A stretch of 64,000 nt of DNA from Dictyostelium discoideum (lineage: Eukaryota). Positions within the stretch are counted from its first letter, which is position 1; each line of letters begins with the position of its first letter. Below the pieces are notes generated by a model that ran no database searches, was not told where the DNA came from, and was given only the letters and a program-made list of their open reading frames with translations. Location of the stretch: the NCBI GenBank assembly GCA_000004695.1, contig CM000150.2, positions 4,352,001-4,416,000 of the forward strand, read 5' to 3'. Below, in pieces: positions 1-13,966 of this stretch. The position numbers and the translations under genes are program-made.

Positions 1-23
1 ACTTTTTTTTTTTTTTTTTTTTT

Positions 24-116
24 GGTTTTGTTTTTTGTTTTATTTATAATAATTTTTAATTTTTACATTGATTTTGACCCACATATATAATGTTCACTAT
101 GATTTTGAGAAAAATT
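24..116. repeat. Copy A of a ~95-bp dispersed direct repeat (copy B at 2368..2485, about 90% identical)
   Basis: Shared core: (gtttt)n ttatttataat..tttttaatttttacatt..atttt.acccacatatataatgttcactatgattt.gag.aaaat. Both copies sit in the same orientation, 2.36 kb apart, in the gene-poor 5' end of the window. Confidence 0.8.
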
Positions 117-623
117 AATATCTTTTCCAGTAATCAATTCAATAAAATAAAATTTAGACCTTTTCCAAATATTCAATTTTCAAAGAAATTATCATTGACA
201 TCAGATGACCAATCACAATAAATTCATCAAAAAAACCCATTTTTTTTTTTTTTTTTTTTTTTATAAAAGCCAGATATCGATTCCAATTAAACTCCACATA
301 AAAAAAAAATTTGTTGATTCTAAAAAAAAATGATTAACTTAACTTATAATCACTAAAGATATTTTATATATATAAAAATAAATTAAATACCTATCTAAGA
401 TTTATGAAATTTATTTTCAATTTGCACCAAATCGCCAAAGAATGGATTTTTTTTTTTTTTTTTTTATTTTGAAATAATAAAATATTAATAAAAAAAAAAA
501 AAAAACAACAAAATCAAAAAGTATAAATAACTGGATTTTTTTTAAATTTTTTATATTTTACTTATACTTTTATAAATTAATTTAATTTTATTACATTTTA
601 ATTCAAATAATAAGCAAAAAAAA

Positions 624-878
624 ATGGCCAATTGTGAAGGTTGTGGTGGTACTGCCTCTGTTACTTGTGGTGTAACTGGTTGTGGAAATAAAGGATGTCT
701 TGGGGCTGATTGTTCATTCATGACAGCTGTTTCAAGATTTACAAATACTTTCAATGCAAGAAATGTTACAAATACAATTAATCGTAATTCTCCATTCGGT
801 GCAAACATGTCAAATACTATGTTTGAATGCAGTGATTGTAGAAATGCCAACTCTTCTTCATCTTCTGAAGACTCATAA
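624..878 (+). CDS. hypothetical small Cys-rich protein (84 aa), single exon
   Basis: ATG at 624, stop at 876-878. Codon composition is clearly less A/T-biased than the flanks. The N-terminus CEGCGGTASVTCGVTGCGNKGCLGADC has 8 Cys in 27 residues. No recognisable family, and no obvious splice donor before the stop. Confidence 0.4.
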   Translation: MANCEGCGGTASVTCGVTGCGNKGCLGADCSFMTAVSRFTNTFNARNVTNTINRNSPFGANMSNTMFECSDCRNANSSSSSEDS

Positions 879-1247
879 AAATATTAAACTTCAAATAATA
901 ATTCCATATTCACAAGAAATAAAACTAACTTGGTTATACTATTTAAAAAATTAATTAATATTAATTAATAAAAAAAATAAAAATAAACAAGAAGTAGAAT
1001 TTTTTATTAAAATTAATTTTTAATTATGTTTTTGGAAATAAATTAATACTTTTATTTATAAAGAAATAATTTTTTTTATTTTTATTTTTAATTCCTTAAT
1101 ATCGCCCCACTTGGTGGTAAAACATTGCGATATTCATTAAATTTTGACTAAAACGATTTCTTTGAAAATTATTGTTTCTTTTTTTTTTTTATTTAAATAA
1201 ACAATAAAAAAAACTTCTTGTCAAATCTAGATTGATTTCCAAAAAAA

Positions 1248-1294
<47 letters not shown>

Positions 1295-2336
1295 ATTGAT
1301 GGATATTATTTGTTCAATTTCAATTAAAAAATACTAAACCCTAAAAAAAAAAAAAAAAAAAGCGCCTAATGGTGAAAGATTTTTTATTTTTAGCTTTCTA
1401 GTTTTTTTTTTAAAAATTTAATATTGCCTTATTATTTTTTAATATTAATCACAGATTAAAACAAAATTGTTGATTGTTTCTATGACATTCATCATAATAT
1501 TTATTATTGATTATTTGAATTTGAAAATCACAGTTGATTACCTAAAATTATTTAATTCTAATTTCTTTTTTTTTTTTTTTTATTTTTAAATTATTTGTTT
1601 TTTATTATTATTCCATTCTTTTTGTTTTGATACTTACACATTAAGTGAAATTTAGGAATGAAAACAAAAAAAAAAAAAATTAAAAAAAGTATCTTTTCAC
1701 TTTTTTATTTTTTTTTTTTTTTAATTTCACTTTTTTTATTTTTTTTTTATTTTTTATTTTTTTTTTCGTCAATTGAATCTTAATTTTATTTCTTTATTTG
1801 AACAGATTTTAAAAAAAAAAAAAAAAACAAAATAAAAATTTGAAATTTAAATTATAATAATAAAAATTAAAATAAAATTGATTTTCAATTGAAATTAATT
1901 GAAAATAAATCGTATTACAACAACAATAATAAAACCAAATAATATTATAAAAAAAGAAAAAAAAATTAAAAAAAAAATTTAAAAAAAAAAAAAATTAAAA
2001 GAAATAAAAAATAAAAAATAAAAAAATTTTAATATTAATGTTAATGTCACTATTATTTTTATTATTAAATTTGATTTGAATAATAAAAAAAAAAAAAAAA
2101 AAAAAAAATTAAAATAATAAAAATAAATTTTCAAAAAAAAAAAAAAAAACAAAATAAAACAAAAAAAAAAAAAAAATATAAATAAATAAATAAATAAATA
2201 ATATATATATATATAATAATTTAAATGTTACTTTATTATTTTTATTATAACCAATTACTACTATTATTATCATCAAAAATATTAAAAATCTTTTAAAAAG
2301 GTAGAAATTGTAAATATTATTTTTATTTTTAAACTT

Positions 2337-2367
<31 letters not shown>

Positions 2368-2368
<1 letters not shown>

Positions 2369-2485
2369 TTTTTGTTTTGTTTTTTGTTTTGTTTTTTGTT
2401 TTTTGTTTTATTTATAATATTTTTTAATTTTTACATTTTATTTTAACCCACATATATAATGTTCACTATGATTTAGAGGAAAATG
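2368..2485. repeat. Copy B of the ~95-bp direct repeat (see 24..116), preceded by a (GTTTT)n expansion
   Basis: Direct alignment with 24..116. The unique core acccacatatataatgttcactatgattt is identical in both copies. Confidence 0.8.
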
Positions 2486-2997
2486 TATAAAAAAAAACTA
2501 TAAAACATACATTATATGTAATTTCTCTCCCACAATTTTCAATGTGTTTTTACATTTTTAAATTTTTAATTTTTTTTGTTTTTTTATTGAAATTGAAATA
2601 AAAGAATAATAGTTATCCACCACTTACCCACCACACATTAACACTAAAAAAAGGTATGTCTTTTTTAAAGACAATGCATAGAGTTTCGGAAATTTTGTTA
2701 AATTATAATTTATTTTAATAAAATTAAATAAAATAGAATTTTTAATGTAAAATAATAAAATTTAAATTGATGTTACTCATAGTATTAAAATTTTTTTTTT
2801 TTTTTTTTTATTTTTATTTTTTTATTTTAATTTATTAATTTTATTTTATTTTTTTTAAACTAAAAAAAATAATAAAAAATAATAAAAATAATTTCAATCT
2901 AAAAAAATTAATTATAATAAATATAAATATTATAATATTATAATATAAATTAATAATAATAATAAAAAAAACTAAAAATGTAAGAATTAATTAATTA

Positions 2998-3053
<56 letters not shown>

Positions 3054-3305
3054 ATATTTTATTTAATAATAAGATTTTATATTTTCAATTAATTATAATC
3101 AAAATTATACAATTAAAAAAAAAAGAAAATTTACTCAATATGGAATAATTGCAACACATTTAACCACTTTCACACTCGTTTTTTTTTTTTATTTATTTTT
3201 TATAAAAAAGTTTTATTGTATTTTTATTTGTGTACAAAATCAATGTAGTTTACCCGTACCCAATATTTTTATATGTTTATAATTTTTAATAATAATAATT
3301 TAACA

Positions 3306-3342
<37 letters not shown>

Positions 3343-3700
3343 AAATTAAAATAAATAATTAAATTTTATTGTTAAATTTTAATTATTATGGTGATATAAT
3401 AATGTGTGGTTGTATTTATTATTTTTAGTGTGTGATAGAAAAAATGAAATCTATTTGTTTTTTTGTAAATCTCAAAATTATTAAAATTTTTATAATTTTA
3501 TAATTTTAATTTTGGGTTTATTTGTTTTTGTTTTTTTTTTTTGTTTTATTTTTTTTTTTTTTTTTTTTTAGGGCTTGGTTTATGATAATAAAAAATATTA
3601 ATAATAAAAATAATAATAATATAAATAATTATAAAAAATATTACCTTTGTGGTCCATTTACTTTTGCGAATTTCAAATAAATGTATTAATGTGTAAAAAT

Positions 3701-3744
<44 letters not shown>

Positions 3745-3969
3745 GTTTAAAGTGGAGTTTTAATATGTTACATTAATTACTGTTTTAAAATTTTGTTGTT
3801 GTTTTTGTTCTTAATTGTTATGATAAATGGTTTAAAAAATACATTTATTACCTGTTTATTTTTCAATGTTATTATATATGTTAAAAAAAAAAAAAAAAAA
3901 AAAAAAACAAAAAAAAAAAAAAAAAAAAAATTATTAAAAAAAAAAAAAAAAAAATATTAAAAAGTTAAA

Positions 3970-4002
<33 letters not shown>

Positions 4003-4103
4003 GTTAAAAAAAGATACCAATTAATTCAATAAAATAATATTGTTTGTTGTTATCATATCAAAAAATAATAATATACTTAATAATAACAATAAAATAATAT
4101 TAC

Positions 4104-4158
<55 letters not shown>

Positions 4159-4269
4159 GTTTTAATATTAAAAATAAAAATTATATGTATAATAGTAATA
4201 AAAATAGTAACAATAATTTTAAATTTTAATTAAATTTAAATAATTAAATAATTAAAAATAAAATAAAAG

Positions 4270-4301
<32 letters not shown>

Positions 4302-4678
4302 ACCTTAATCAAATTAGGGAAATTGTTTATCTTTGTTAAATAGGATATTTGTTTTTTTTTGTCCAAAATTTTATATAAACATTTTTATTATATTTTAGAA
4401 TTCTTCTAACAATTTTAAATAAAAAAATAAATATAAAAAAAAAAAAAAAAAAAAAAGAATTATAGCCAAAAAGATTGAAAACAACTAATAAGGAAAAAGA
4501 AAAAAAAAATAAAAGAAAAAAAAAAAAAGAAAAAAAAAATAATAGAATTTTAATTTATTCTAATACTCAATAAACTTTTGTTAAAATACTATTTATTAAA
4601 TTAAAAAACAAAGAAAAGAATAAAAAAAAAAATTAAAAAAAAAACAAAAACAAAAACAACAAATATTATTTATAAAAA

Positions 4679-6223
4679 ATGATTGATGATTCTTTAGCAA
4701 ATGTTTGGCAATTAATACCAACACGTAGATCACAAATGATCATAAACTATCAACAAGAGGTTATCCATTCTCCAACACCAATTGCCTCAATATCAAATAA
4801 AAATGATACAAATCAACAATTACAACCACAACTACAACCACAACAACCACAACAATTATCACCAAATGTTGATCAACATATGCAATTGGAACAACAATTA
4901 CATTACCAATTACAACAACAAGCTTTACAACAACAACAAGCTTTGCAACAACAACAACAACAACAACAACAAATACAACCATCATCAATTATTTCAACAA
5001 CACAAGAAACAACCGGATTTTTCCCAGTTGAAAGACATGGTCATACAACTTGTTTATATAAAAATAAAGTGATTTTATTTGGTGGTACACCTGATGGTTC
5101 ACATGGTTTAAGTGATTTATATTTTCTTTATTTAGGTAATTATTTTTATAATTATTTAAAAAAATAATTTATAAAATTTAAAATTATTAATTTATTTTTT
5201 ATTTTTTATTGATTTTTTGAAGATACATATTCTTGGGTTGAAATTAAAACAAAAGGAAATGCACCAAATGGTAGATATAGACATAGTGCAATTATAATAG
5301 AAGATAAAATGTATATATTCGGAGGATATAGGTCAAAATGTTTAAATGATTTACATGTATTAGATTTAGAGACATTTACATGGTCAGAACCAATTTGTAT
5401 TGGAGAAGCACCATCGGCACGTTCATCACATTCAGTTTGTTGTGTTGGAAAGATGATGATATTATTTGGAGGTAGTGGAGCACGTTACTCTAATGAATTG
5501 TTTTCATTGGACACTGTTACGATGCGTTGGACTAAACATGATGTATTGGGAACACCTCCCTCAGAGAGATGGTGTCATACAATGTGCAGTTTCGGTAAGA
5601 AGGTGGTTACATTTGGTGGCTCAAACGATAAGAGAAAAGATAATAAAGTTTATATATTGGATACCGATACGATGGAATGGTCGCAACCTCCCACCTCTGG
5701 AAACTGTCCAATACCCAGACAGTTGCATACTGCAGTGGCAATCGGCGAGAGTATGATCGTTTTCGGAGGCTGGGGTAAACATCAGGAATTGAATGACCTC
5801 TACATACTCAATACTCGTACTATGAAATGGGTTTGTCCAAAGATTGACAATGTCATACCTTGTTGTCGTCAACTTCATTCCGCTTGGGTATACAATGGTA
5901 AAATGTATACTTTGGGTGGCTATTTTAAAAACAAAAGAATGATCGATGTTTATTGTTTCACACCCGAACAAACCGTTTCAACTCTACGTGAATTTTGTAT
6001 TGAAACCATTGTCGAAGATGTTTTCAAATATGTACCAATGTTTAATCATTTCCCAGAGGAAATACTATATCAAATTTTCTCAAGATTATCTCAAGCTGGA
6101 AAATTAATACCACTTCAATTGGATTATTTAATTAGAAAATCTTATTTAGCCGACCAAGTTGCTTTAGTTTTATCTACCAATAAGAATGGTGGTACAATTG
6201 AAGAAACTCCAAATCCAATTTAA
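4679..6223 (+). CDS. Kelch-repeat protein with Q-rich N-terminus. Two exons: 4679..5135 and 5223..6223. Intron GTAATT...GAAG, phase 1.
   Basis: ORFs 4679..5167 and 5309..6223 join in frame across donor GT at 5136 and acceptor AG at 5221-5222 (junction codon g|at = D). Six kelch motifs are present (e.g. GxxPxxRxxHSAxxI...MYIFGGY, WSEP...APSARSSHS, LFGGSG). The N-terminus is poly-Q (CAA repeats). Confidence 0.8.
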
Positions 6224-6266
6224 AAATATTAATTAAATAATAAATAATTTTAATAAATAATAAATA

Positions 6267-6333
<67 letters not shown>

Positions 6334-6662
6334 TAAAAATTTATAAATAACAATCAGAAAAAAATAAAAATATTTTAAAAAATAAAATAAATTCTTTTTA
6401 ATTATAAATATCCGTTTCTATTTATTTGGAATTAAATTATTTTTATGGGTTTAATGTTTTTATTTCCGCCTTTTTCCATTTTTTCATTTTTCCCCTTTTT
6501 TTTTTTTTTTTTTTTTTTTATTTATTTTTATTTTTTGTTTTTTTATTTTTTTTTATTTTTTTTTTTTTTTCATTTTTTGTGAAATTTTCTTTTTTTTTTT
6601 TTTTATTTTTTTTTTTAATTACGCAAAAGAAAAAAAAAAATAAAAAAAAAAAAACCAACAAC

Positions 6663-7392
6663 ATGACTGTGAAAACCATTACAAAGAAATTGATAACAGT
6701 ATTATGTTTAAAAGGTTGCCATGGTAAGTAATTTTAAATCCTTTTTATATATTTATTAAAAAATCATTTTATAAGAATAAAAAAAAAAAATAAAAAATAA
6801 AAAAAAAAAAAAATATAAAAAAAAAAAAATAAAAAAAACAATAATAATAATGATAATAATAATAATAATAATATATGAATAAATAATTTAAATATTTTAA
6901 TTTTATTTATTTTTTTTTTATTTATTTTTTTTATTTAATTTTATTTTTTTAATTTTTTTTTTTATTTATTTTTATTTTTTTAATTTTTTAAATTTTTTTT
7001 TTTTTTTTTTTTTCACAATTTAAATTGTGTTGTGTGAGGATTTGTTTTCATTCACACTGTTTAAAATATGTAAATTTATTCAAAGTTACACATACACATA
7101 AAAATTAATAAAAAACAAATCCGTTTTTTTTTTTTTTTTTTATAATATAATAACAATAAATTTTAACATACTAACCTATTTTTTTTTTTTTCAAAAAAAA
7201 AATATTTTATTTTTAGGTTCGGGTAAGACTGAATTATGTAAATACTTTTCAAAAGTTGGGTTTACTGTCTTAGATGAAGCATTTTTAGACATGCCAACTT
7301 TTTCTATACCAAATCAATCACTAACCATGGAAACCGTTTGGGTCTCAAATTGGTTTCAAAGATTACTAAAGATGGAGTTAATTGAAAATTCA

Positions 7393-7424
<32 letters not shown>

Positions 7425-7839
7425 TAATAATAACCACAATATTAATAAATTTGATAACCAACATCATAAAGTTTTTATTGCTGACCGATCTCCATTTTCA
7501 GCTATTTTATATTCACAAAATAACGGTCATTATTTAGATCCAATCATAAGTGAACAAATTAAAGAATTAAAAAAATATACCAATATAGATATAAAAACCG
7601 TTTATTTAAGAGTTGAAAAAGATGTACTATGGGAAAGAATTCAAAAAAGATTACAAGAACAACCTGAAAGGAAAAAATATAATGAAGATAATTACCAGTG
7701 GATGCACGATACTGTCAACTTTTACGACTCTCGTAAATGGGATTATGTCATTGAAAATAACACCTTTTCCCCTGAATCAATTTTCACTCAATTAACAACT
7801 CCAATTTTAGAAAAACAAGAACAACAACAACAAAAATAA
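6663..7839 (+). CDS. P-loop NTPase, nucleoside/nucleotide-kinase-like. Two exons: 6663..6723 and 7217..7839, phase 1.
   Basis: Exon 1 is MTVKTITKKLITVLCLKGCH followed by GTAAGT. The acceptor TTTTAG at 7211-7216 restores the Walker A motif GCHG-SGKTELC across the junction. Downstream ADRSPFSAILYS resembles the ERS motif of deoxynucleoside kinases. There is an internal poly-N. Stop at 7837-7839. Confidence 0.7.
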
Positions 7840-7851
7840 TTATGGTATTTA

Positions 7852-7901
<50 letters not shown>

Positions 7902-8052
7902 ATAACAGTAATAATTTTTATTATTATTTTTTAAGATTATATTAAATTAAATAATATAATATATTTAATTATCATTTTAATTTAAAGATAAATTTAAAAA
8001 AACTGGAATTAAAATTTAAAATTTCCAAGAAAAAAACCAAAAAAAAAAAAAT

Positions 8053-8093
<41 letters not shown>

Positions 8094-8096
8094 TAG

Positions 8097-8130
<34 letters not shown>

Positions 8131-8750
8131 AAAAAAAAAAAAAAATCAAAAAAAAATTATCCAATATTTGTTGTGATATAATTGCAACTGAGTTGGGAAA
8201 AAAAAAAAAAAAAAGCTTTTAAAAAGAAAAAAAAAAAAAAAGGGCGCCACAAGTGTCGGTTATAATTTTTTATTTTTTTTAAATTTTTATTTTTTTCAAT
8301 TTTTTTTTTTTTTGTATTTTTTTATTTTTTTTTTATTTTTTTATTTTTTTTTTTTTTTATAATTTTTTTTTTTGAATTTTTTTTTTTTATATAAATTTTT
8401 AATTTTTTTTTTTTTATTTTTTTTTTTTTTTTATTTTTTTTTATTTCCAAATTTTTTTTGGTGACTTAATTTTTAACACACTAAATTTGTGCCACAAAAA
8501 CAAATTCACTCATTAAAAAGTTTTTTTTATTTTTCAAAAAAATTTTTTTTTTTATTTTTTTTTAATTTTTTTTTTTTTTTTTTATAAATTTTCTAGACAG
8601 TTATAAAAAACAATAAAATAATAGTTATAATAATTAAAAATAATAATAATAAAATAACAAAAAATAGAATAAATTATTATTATTATAATATTTGTTTTTA
8701 TATTTATATATACAATCTATCAAATAATAATTTTATATAAATAAATAAAT

Positions 8751-8791
<41 letters not shown>

Positions 8792-8880
8792 TTTATTTTA
8801 TTTTTTTAATTTAAAAAAAAAATAATAGTAAATTAAATATAAATATAAATATTTTTTATTTTTTTTTTAAAAAAAAAAAA

Positions 8881-9880
8881 ATGTCATTAGAACAACAGGA
8901 TGAAACAGTAGTTGAAGAAGAAACAAAAACAAGTTTTGAAACAAATAATTCAACTGCCAATAATACCAACAACAATACAGATAATACATATAAGGAGGAA
9001 ATTTTAAAGAGTACCGAATCTATAACTCGAAATGATGATAAAGTTGATCCCACTTCAGCAACAGCATTAGAAAAAGATATAATAAATAATGGTGAATATA
9101 GTGGAAGTAGCAGTAGTAGTGGTAATAATAATATTAATGGTAGTAATAATATAAAAAATATAGTTATTGAAAAAGTTGAGCAATTAGAAAGAGTGGTTGT
9201 TAATAATAATAATGGTGATGAGAATAATAAAGATATTCACGATAGTAGCAACAATACTGAAGATATTGATATTAGCAAGTCACATATTATAAAATACGAT
9301 AAAGATGAAATGTCAACTATATCTACAATACACTATTCAGATGATGAAAGTTCAAAAGAAAAACAAGATAACATTAATAGTAATAATAATAATAATAAAA
9401 ATAAAAATGAACAAATTATAAATAGTGAGAATATATTAGATACTCCTATGACAGAAGCTTCAGATCAAACAACTCCTTCTGATACACCACCAACTTTAAC
9501 AAATAACACATCATCAACAACTACTACTACTACCACCAACAATACAACAACTGCTGCAACTACTACAACCAATAGCAGAAGAAAACGAAATTCTCTTAGT
9601 ACACCTTCTAGGTATGTACCTTAATATATATATATATATTTTTTTAATATTACATTCTTTTTATACCTTTTCCTTTCTCTTTTTTTTCTTTTTTTCTTTT
9701 TTTTTTTTTTTCTTTTTTTTTTTCAATATATTAAATGGAATAAAGACAAATAAATAAAACTTTTTTTAAAAAAAAACAAAAAAAACAAAACAAACCAAAA
9801 AAACCAAAAAAAAAAACAAAAACCAAAAAAAAACAAAATCAATTTCAAGTGAATTTTATTTTTATTTTATTATATTTCCT

Positions 9881-9925
<45 letters not shown>

Positions 9926-12077
9926 AGTTTATATTTTTACATACTTTTTTAAAAGATTATATATTTATTCAATTTTTTTATTTTTATTTTTATTTTTTTT
10001 TTTAGTGAAATGGATCCAGTATTAGATTCAACATCAGAAAATAATACAACTAGAAAGACTAGAGGTTCAAGAAATTCTAAAAAAGAACCAGAAGAACTTT
10101 TACTAACACCAGAACAAGCAAAAGAATTATCAAATAAAAGTAAAAAATGGATATATGTCCCAATTATTGAAGCAGAAGCCAAAAAAGAAGAAGTTCTTCC
10201 TGCAAAGAGAGATAGAAAACAAGTATTTAACGAAAATATATTTTCATCATCAAGAAAATCAACAACAAAAGGTGGTGAAAAGAAAAATGATACAGCATCA
10301 ACAACCAATACACCAATTATAACAGCACAACAAAATACTACACCATTATCACCAACACAAACAACAACAACAACAACAACACCAACAACAACCACTGCAC
10401 AACAAAATACACCAGCACAAACAGAATCAAAACCACCAACAACCATTTCAATAAATATTAAAGGATCAAAATCACCAAAAACAACTGGTGGTAAACAACA
10501 GAAACCAACTCCACCTTCACCAGTGGTTATATCACAACCAGTAGTCCCATCTACACCAGTAGTTGCTACTACTAAAAAAACAAATAGTAGATCTAAAAGG
10601 TCAACTGCAAACAACAACAGTGAAACCACACAAACACCAGAAGTTGTTATTTCAGCACCAACTACAACTACGGCTGCCATTACAACACCAATAAATATAA
10701 CACCATCTTCTGATTCTGCAACTATTCAACAATTACAACAATCAATTTCAATGTTGGAGGATAAAATAAGATTAATTAGCTCAAATAATAAAGTAGCAAC
10801 CGAAATTTTAAATAATACAATAACAACAACTACAACAACAGCAGCAACATCAGCAATAAAAGATGAAGAAATTATCGAAAATACAGAATTACAAACAACT
10901 TTTACAAAAAGTTCAACTTTAGCACCACCTTCATCAGAAAGAAAATATTCAAATTTATATAGCGATGACGAAGACGATACTGAAATGGTAGATGTCTCTG
11001 TATCAATACCAATACCAATACCAATACCAACACCAACTCAAACCACAACTAAAAAAACAACTTTATCAAAAAAAAGAAAATCGAATACATCAACTATAAT
11101 ACCCACAACAACAATACAACAAGAACAAGGACAAGAACAAGGGCAACAACAACCACCACAACAACAACAACCACCACAACAACAACAACCACCACAACAA
11201 CAACAACCACCACAACAACAACCACCACAACAATCAACTTCACCATCAAAAACACAACAAGAAAATACATCATCAACCACTACTACAACAACCACTACTA
11301 CAACAACAACAAATACAGAAGATACAACAACTGTTATAGATAAAAAGCCAAAAAAGAAACCAAGACATTCAGCTCCATTGATACCACAAATAAAACCAAG
11401 ACTTCCATTGAACGGAGGTTCAAGTGAAAGAGCACAAAGATCATCAAGAGGTAGAATGGGTAAGGCAATGAGAGATGTTGTTTTAACACCAGTATTTAAG
11501 AGATGTTTAGATCTCTTGGAAGAACTTTTTGAACATCAACATTCTCCACCTTTTCTCGTTGCTGTGGATCCATACGCATTGGGAATCTTGGATTACTTTG
11601 ACGTCATCAAGCATCCAATGGATCTTGGAACTATTAAAGCCTCACTTATAGGTGGAGGTTACGATACCATTGATAAATTTGCCGAGGATTGTCGTTTGGT
11701 ATTTTCAAATGCTAAAACCTATAATCCTTCAACAAACCCTGTACATATTATGGCACAAAGCCTCGAAGATGTTTTTGAAAAAGGATTCCCAAAGGTTTTA
11801 ATTGAACCACCTTCACCACCACCAAAGAATGTCGATCAAGAAAAAATTGAAAAACTTTCAAATGATTTAAAAAATGTTACAAAAGAATTGGAAAAATTTA
11901 AAAAAGATGATAGTAATAGTATTAATAATAATAATAACAATAATAATAATTATAATAATAATAATAATAATAACAATAATAATAGTAGCAGTAGTAGTAG
12001 TAGATCTTCAAGTAGAAAGAGTCATAGTAGTGGTAGCAGTAGTAGTCATAGAAGTGGATCAAGTCGTTCAAGTCGTG

Positions 12078-12117
<40 letters not shown>

Positions 12118-12976
12118 CAGTAGTAGTAGTAGTAGCAGCAGCAGCAGTAGTAATAATAAAAAATATCCAAAGGTTACAACTGAAGAGAAAACAAAATTAG
12201 GTGCTGAAATTACTCAATTACCTGTAGATTTATTACCATCGATTCTCCAAATCATTCATAATACCAATTCATTACCTGAGCAAAAACCAGGTAGTGAAGT
12301 TGTTATTGATTTAATGAAATTTGATGACGATATATTAAGAAGATTGAGTAAATTTGTTGAACAATATAAAAATGGCGAAATACCACAACATGCCTTACCA
12401 TTGTCTGCTCCATCCTCTACTCACAGTAGCCATAGTAGTAGTCATGATTCAAGTAGTAACATTAGAGAAATTGAAAAACTTCAAAAACAACTCGATCGTT
12501 TGGGTAAAGGTCAACAAAATAGTAGTAGTAGTAGTAGCAGTAGTTCACACAGTAAAAGAATTTCAAAACCAATTTCAAAAGCTCGTGGTCGTAAAGTAAT
12601 TTCAACTAGCTCTTCAAATTTAAATAATAGTAGTAATAATATTAATAATAATAATAATAATATTAATAATTATAATAATAATAATAATTATAATAACAAT
12701 AATAATAATAATTTAAATAATAACAATAACAATAATATTAATAGCAACCTAAATAATAATTTAAATAATAATAATAACAAAGATGATATTGTAATTGATG
12801 GTTTCAAAAAAGAAAATTTCTCGTCTATCCCTGAAAAGGATGTAGAGACTGATATAAGTGAGTCTAGTGATAGTGAAAGTGATAGTGAAAGTGGCTCATC
12901 CGATTCAAGTAGTTCATATTCTGATTCTGATTTTAGTGATAGTGATAATGATAGACGTAGAAATTATAATAATAGT

Positions 12977-13013
<37 letters not shown>

Positions 13014-13935
13014 GTAGTAATAATTTCAATAATCAAAATAATAGTTATAATAATAGTAACAATAATAATAATAATAATAGTAGTAATAATAATAATAATA
13101 ATAACAATAATAATAGCAATAATAATAATAGTAATAACAATAATAATAATGTTAATAATAATAATAATAATCATAATAATAATAATCATAATAATAATAT
13201 TAATAATAATAATAATAATATAAATAATAATACAACTCAACCATCGCCATCACAACAATCTACATCACTAACAAATGAACCAATCAAACCACCAACCATC
13301 TTACAAACAGTTAAAAAACCTGCACTTCCGGTGACTGGTTCTGTTGCATCATGGAGTTTTGATCCAACAAATAATAAAGAATCTTCCTCATCATCATCTA
13401 CATCATCCACATCATCTACATCGAATACAACTTTAACACCAATCATTCAACAATCATCACTTACACATGCATCATCACCAATTTCTTCTTCAACATTTGT
13501 TTCCTTTTCATCTTCATCCTCAACCCCACCAACTAATAACTTATCTCCACCATCACCAGGTCTCCCAAATTCACCATCTATTAATTCACCATCCTCTCCA
13601 AGTGCAAATAATAATAATACCGATTCAGCATGGAACCATTTTAAAGCAAAGAATATTACATTAAAACAAAAGGAGAAAGAACGTGTTTTACAAGAAGAGG
13701 TATTAAGAAAAGAAAGAGAAGAAAAAGAAGAAGAACTTAAAAAAGAAGAAGAAAAGAAAAGAATTGAGATGGAAGAAATTAAAAGATTGGCAAAGGAGAA
13801 AGAAGAAAGAGAAGCTGAAGAAACAAGAAAACAAATTGAGTCTGAAAGAGCTGCTGCTAGAGAAGCAAGGGAAAAAGAAAAAGTATATTTTTATTTATAT
13901 AAATATACATATATATTTTTGTGAAAATCCACTAA

Positions 13936-13966
<31 letters not shown>

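Noticed and set aside
4761-4988. Six-frame ORFs made of poly-V/I/L/Y/F/N (for example 4761..4988 -, 11038..11295 -, 11874..12200 +, 11922..12170 -, 12858..13240 both strands, 18101..18379 -, 19236..19454 +, 22056..22289 -, 42517..42756 -, 52199..52522 -, 54271..54468 -, 55305..55841 -, 46057..46335 -)
   Set aside because: These are alternative-frame or antisense readings of (AAT)n, (CAA)n, (AGT)n and (TAA)n microsatellites lying inside or beside the real genes. They have no start context or splice support and have homopolymeric translations.
6426-6731. ORF 6426..6731 (poly-F) and similar A/T-homopolymer ORFs (16914..17138, 17230..17448, 34646..35038, 39960..40163, 47595..47804, 47927..48130, 56076..56436, 60058..60249, 60574..61031)
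   Set aside because: They are translations of T- or A-runs in promoters and UTRs. The only real coding part is 6663..6723, which is exon 1 of the P-loop kinase-like gene.
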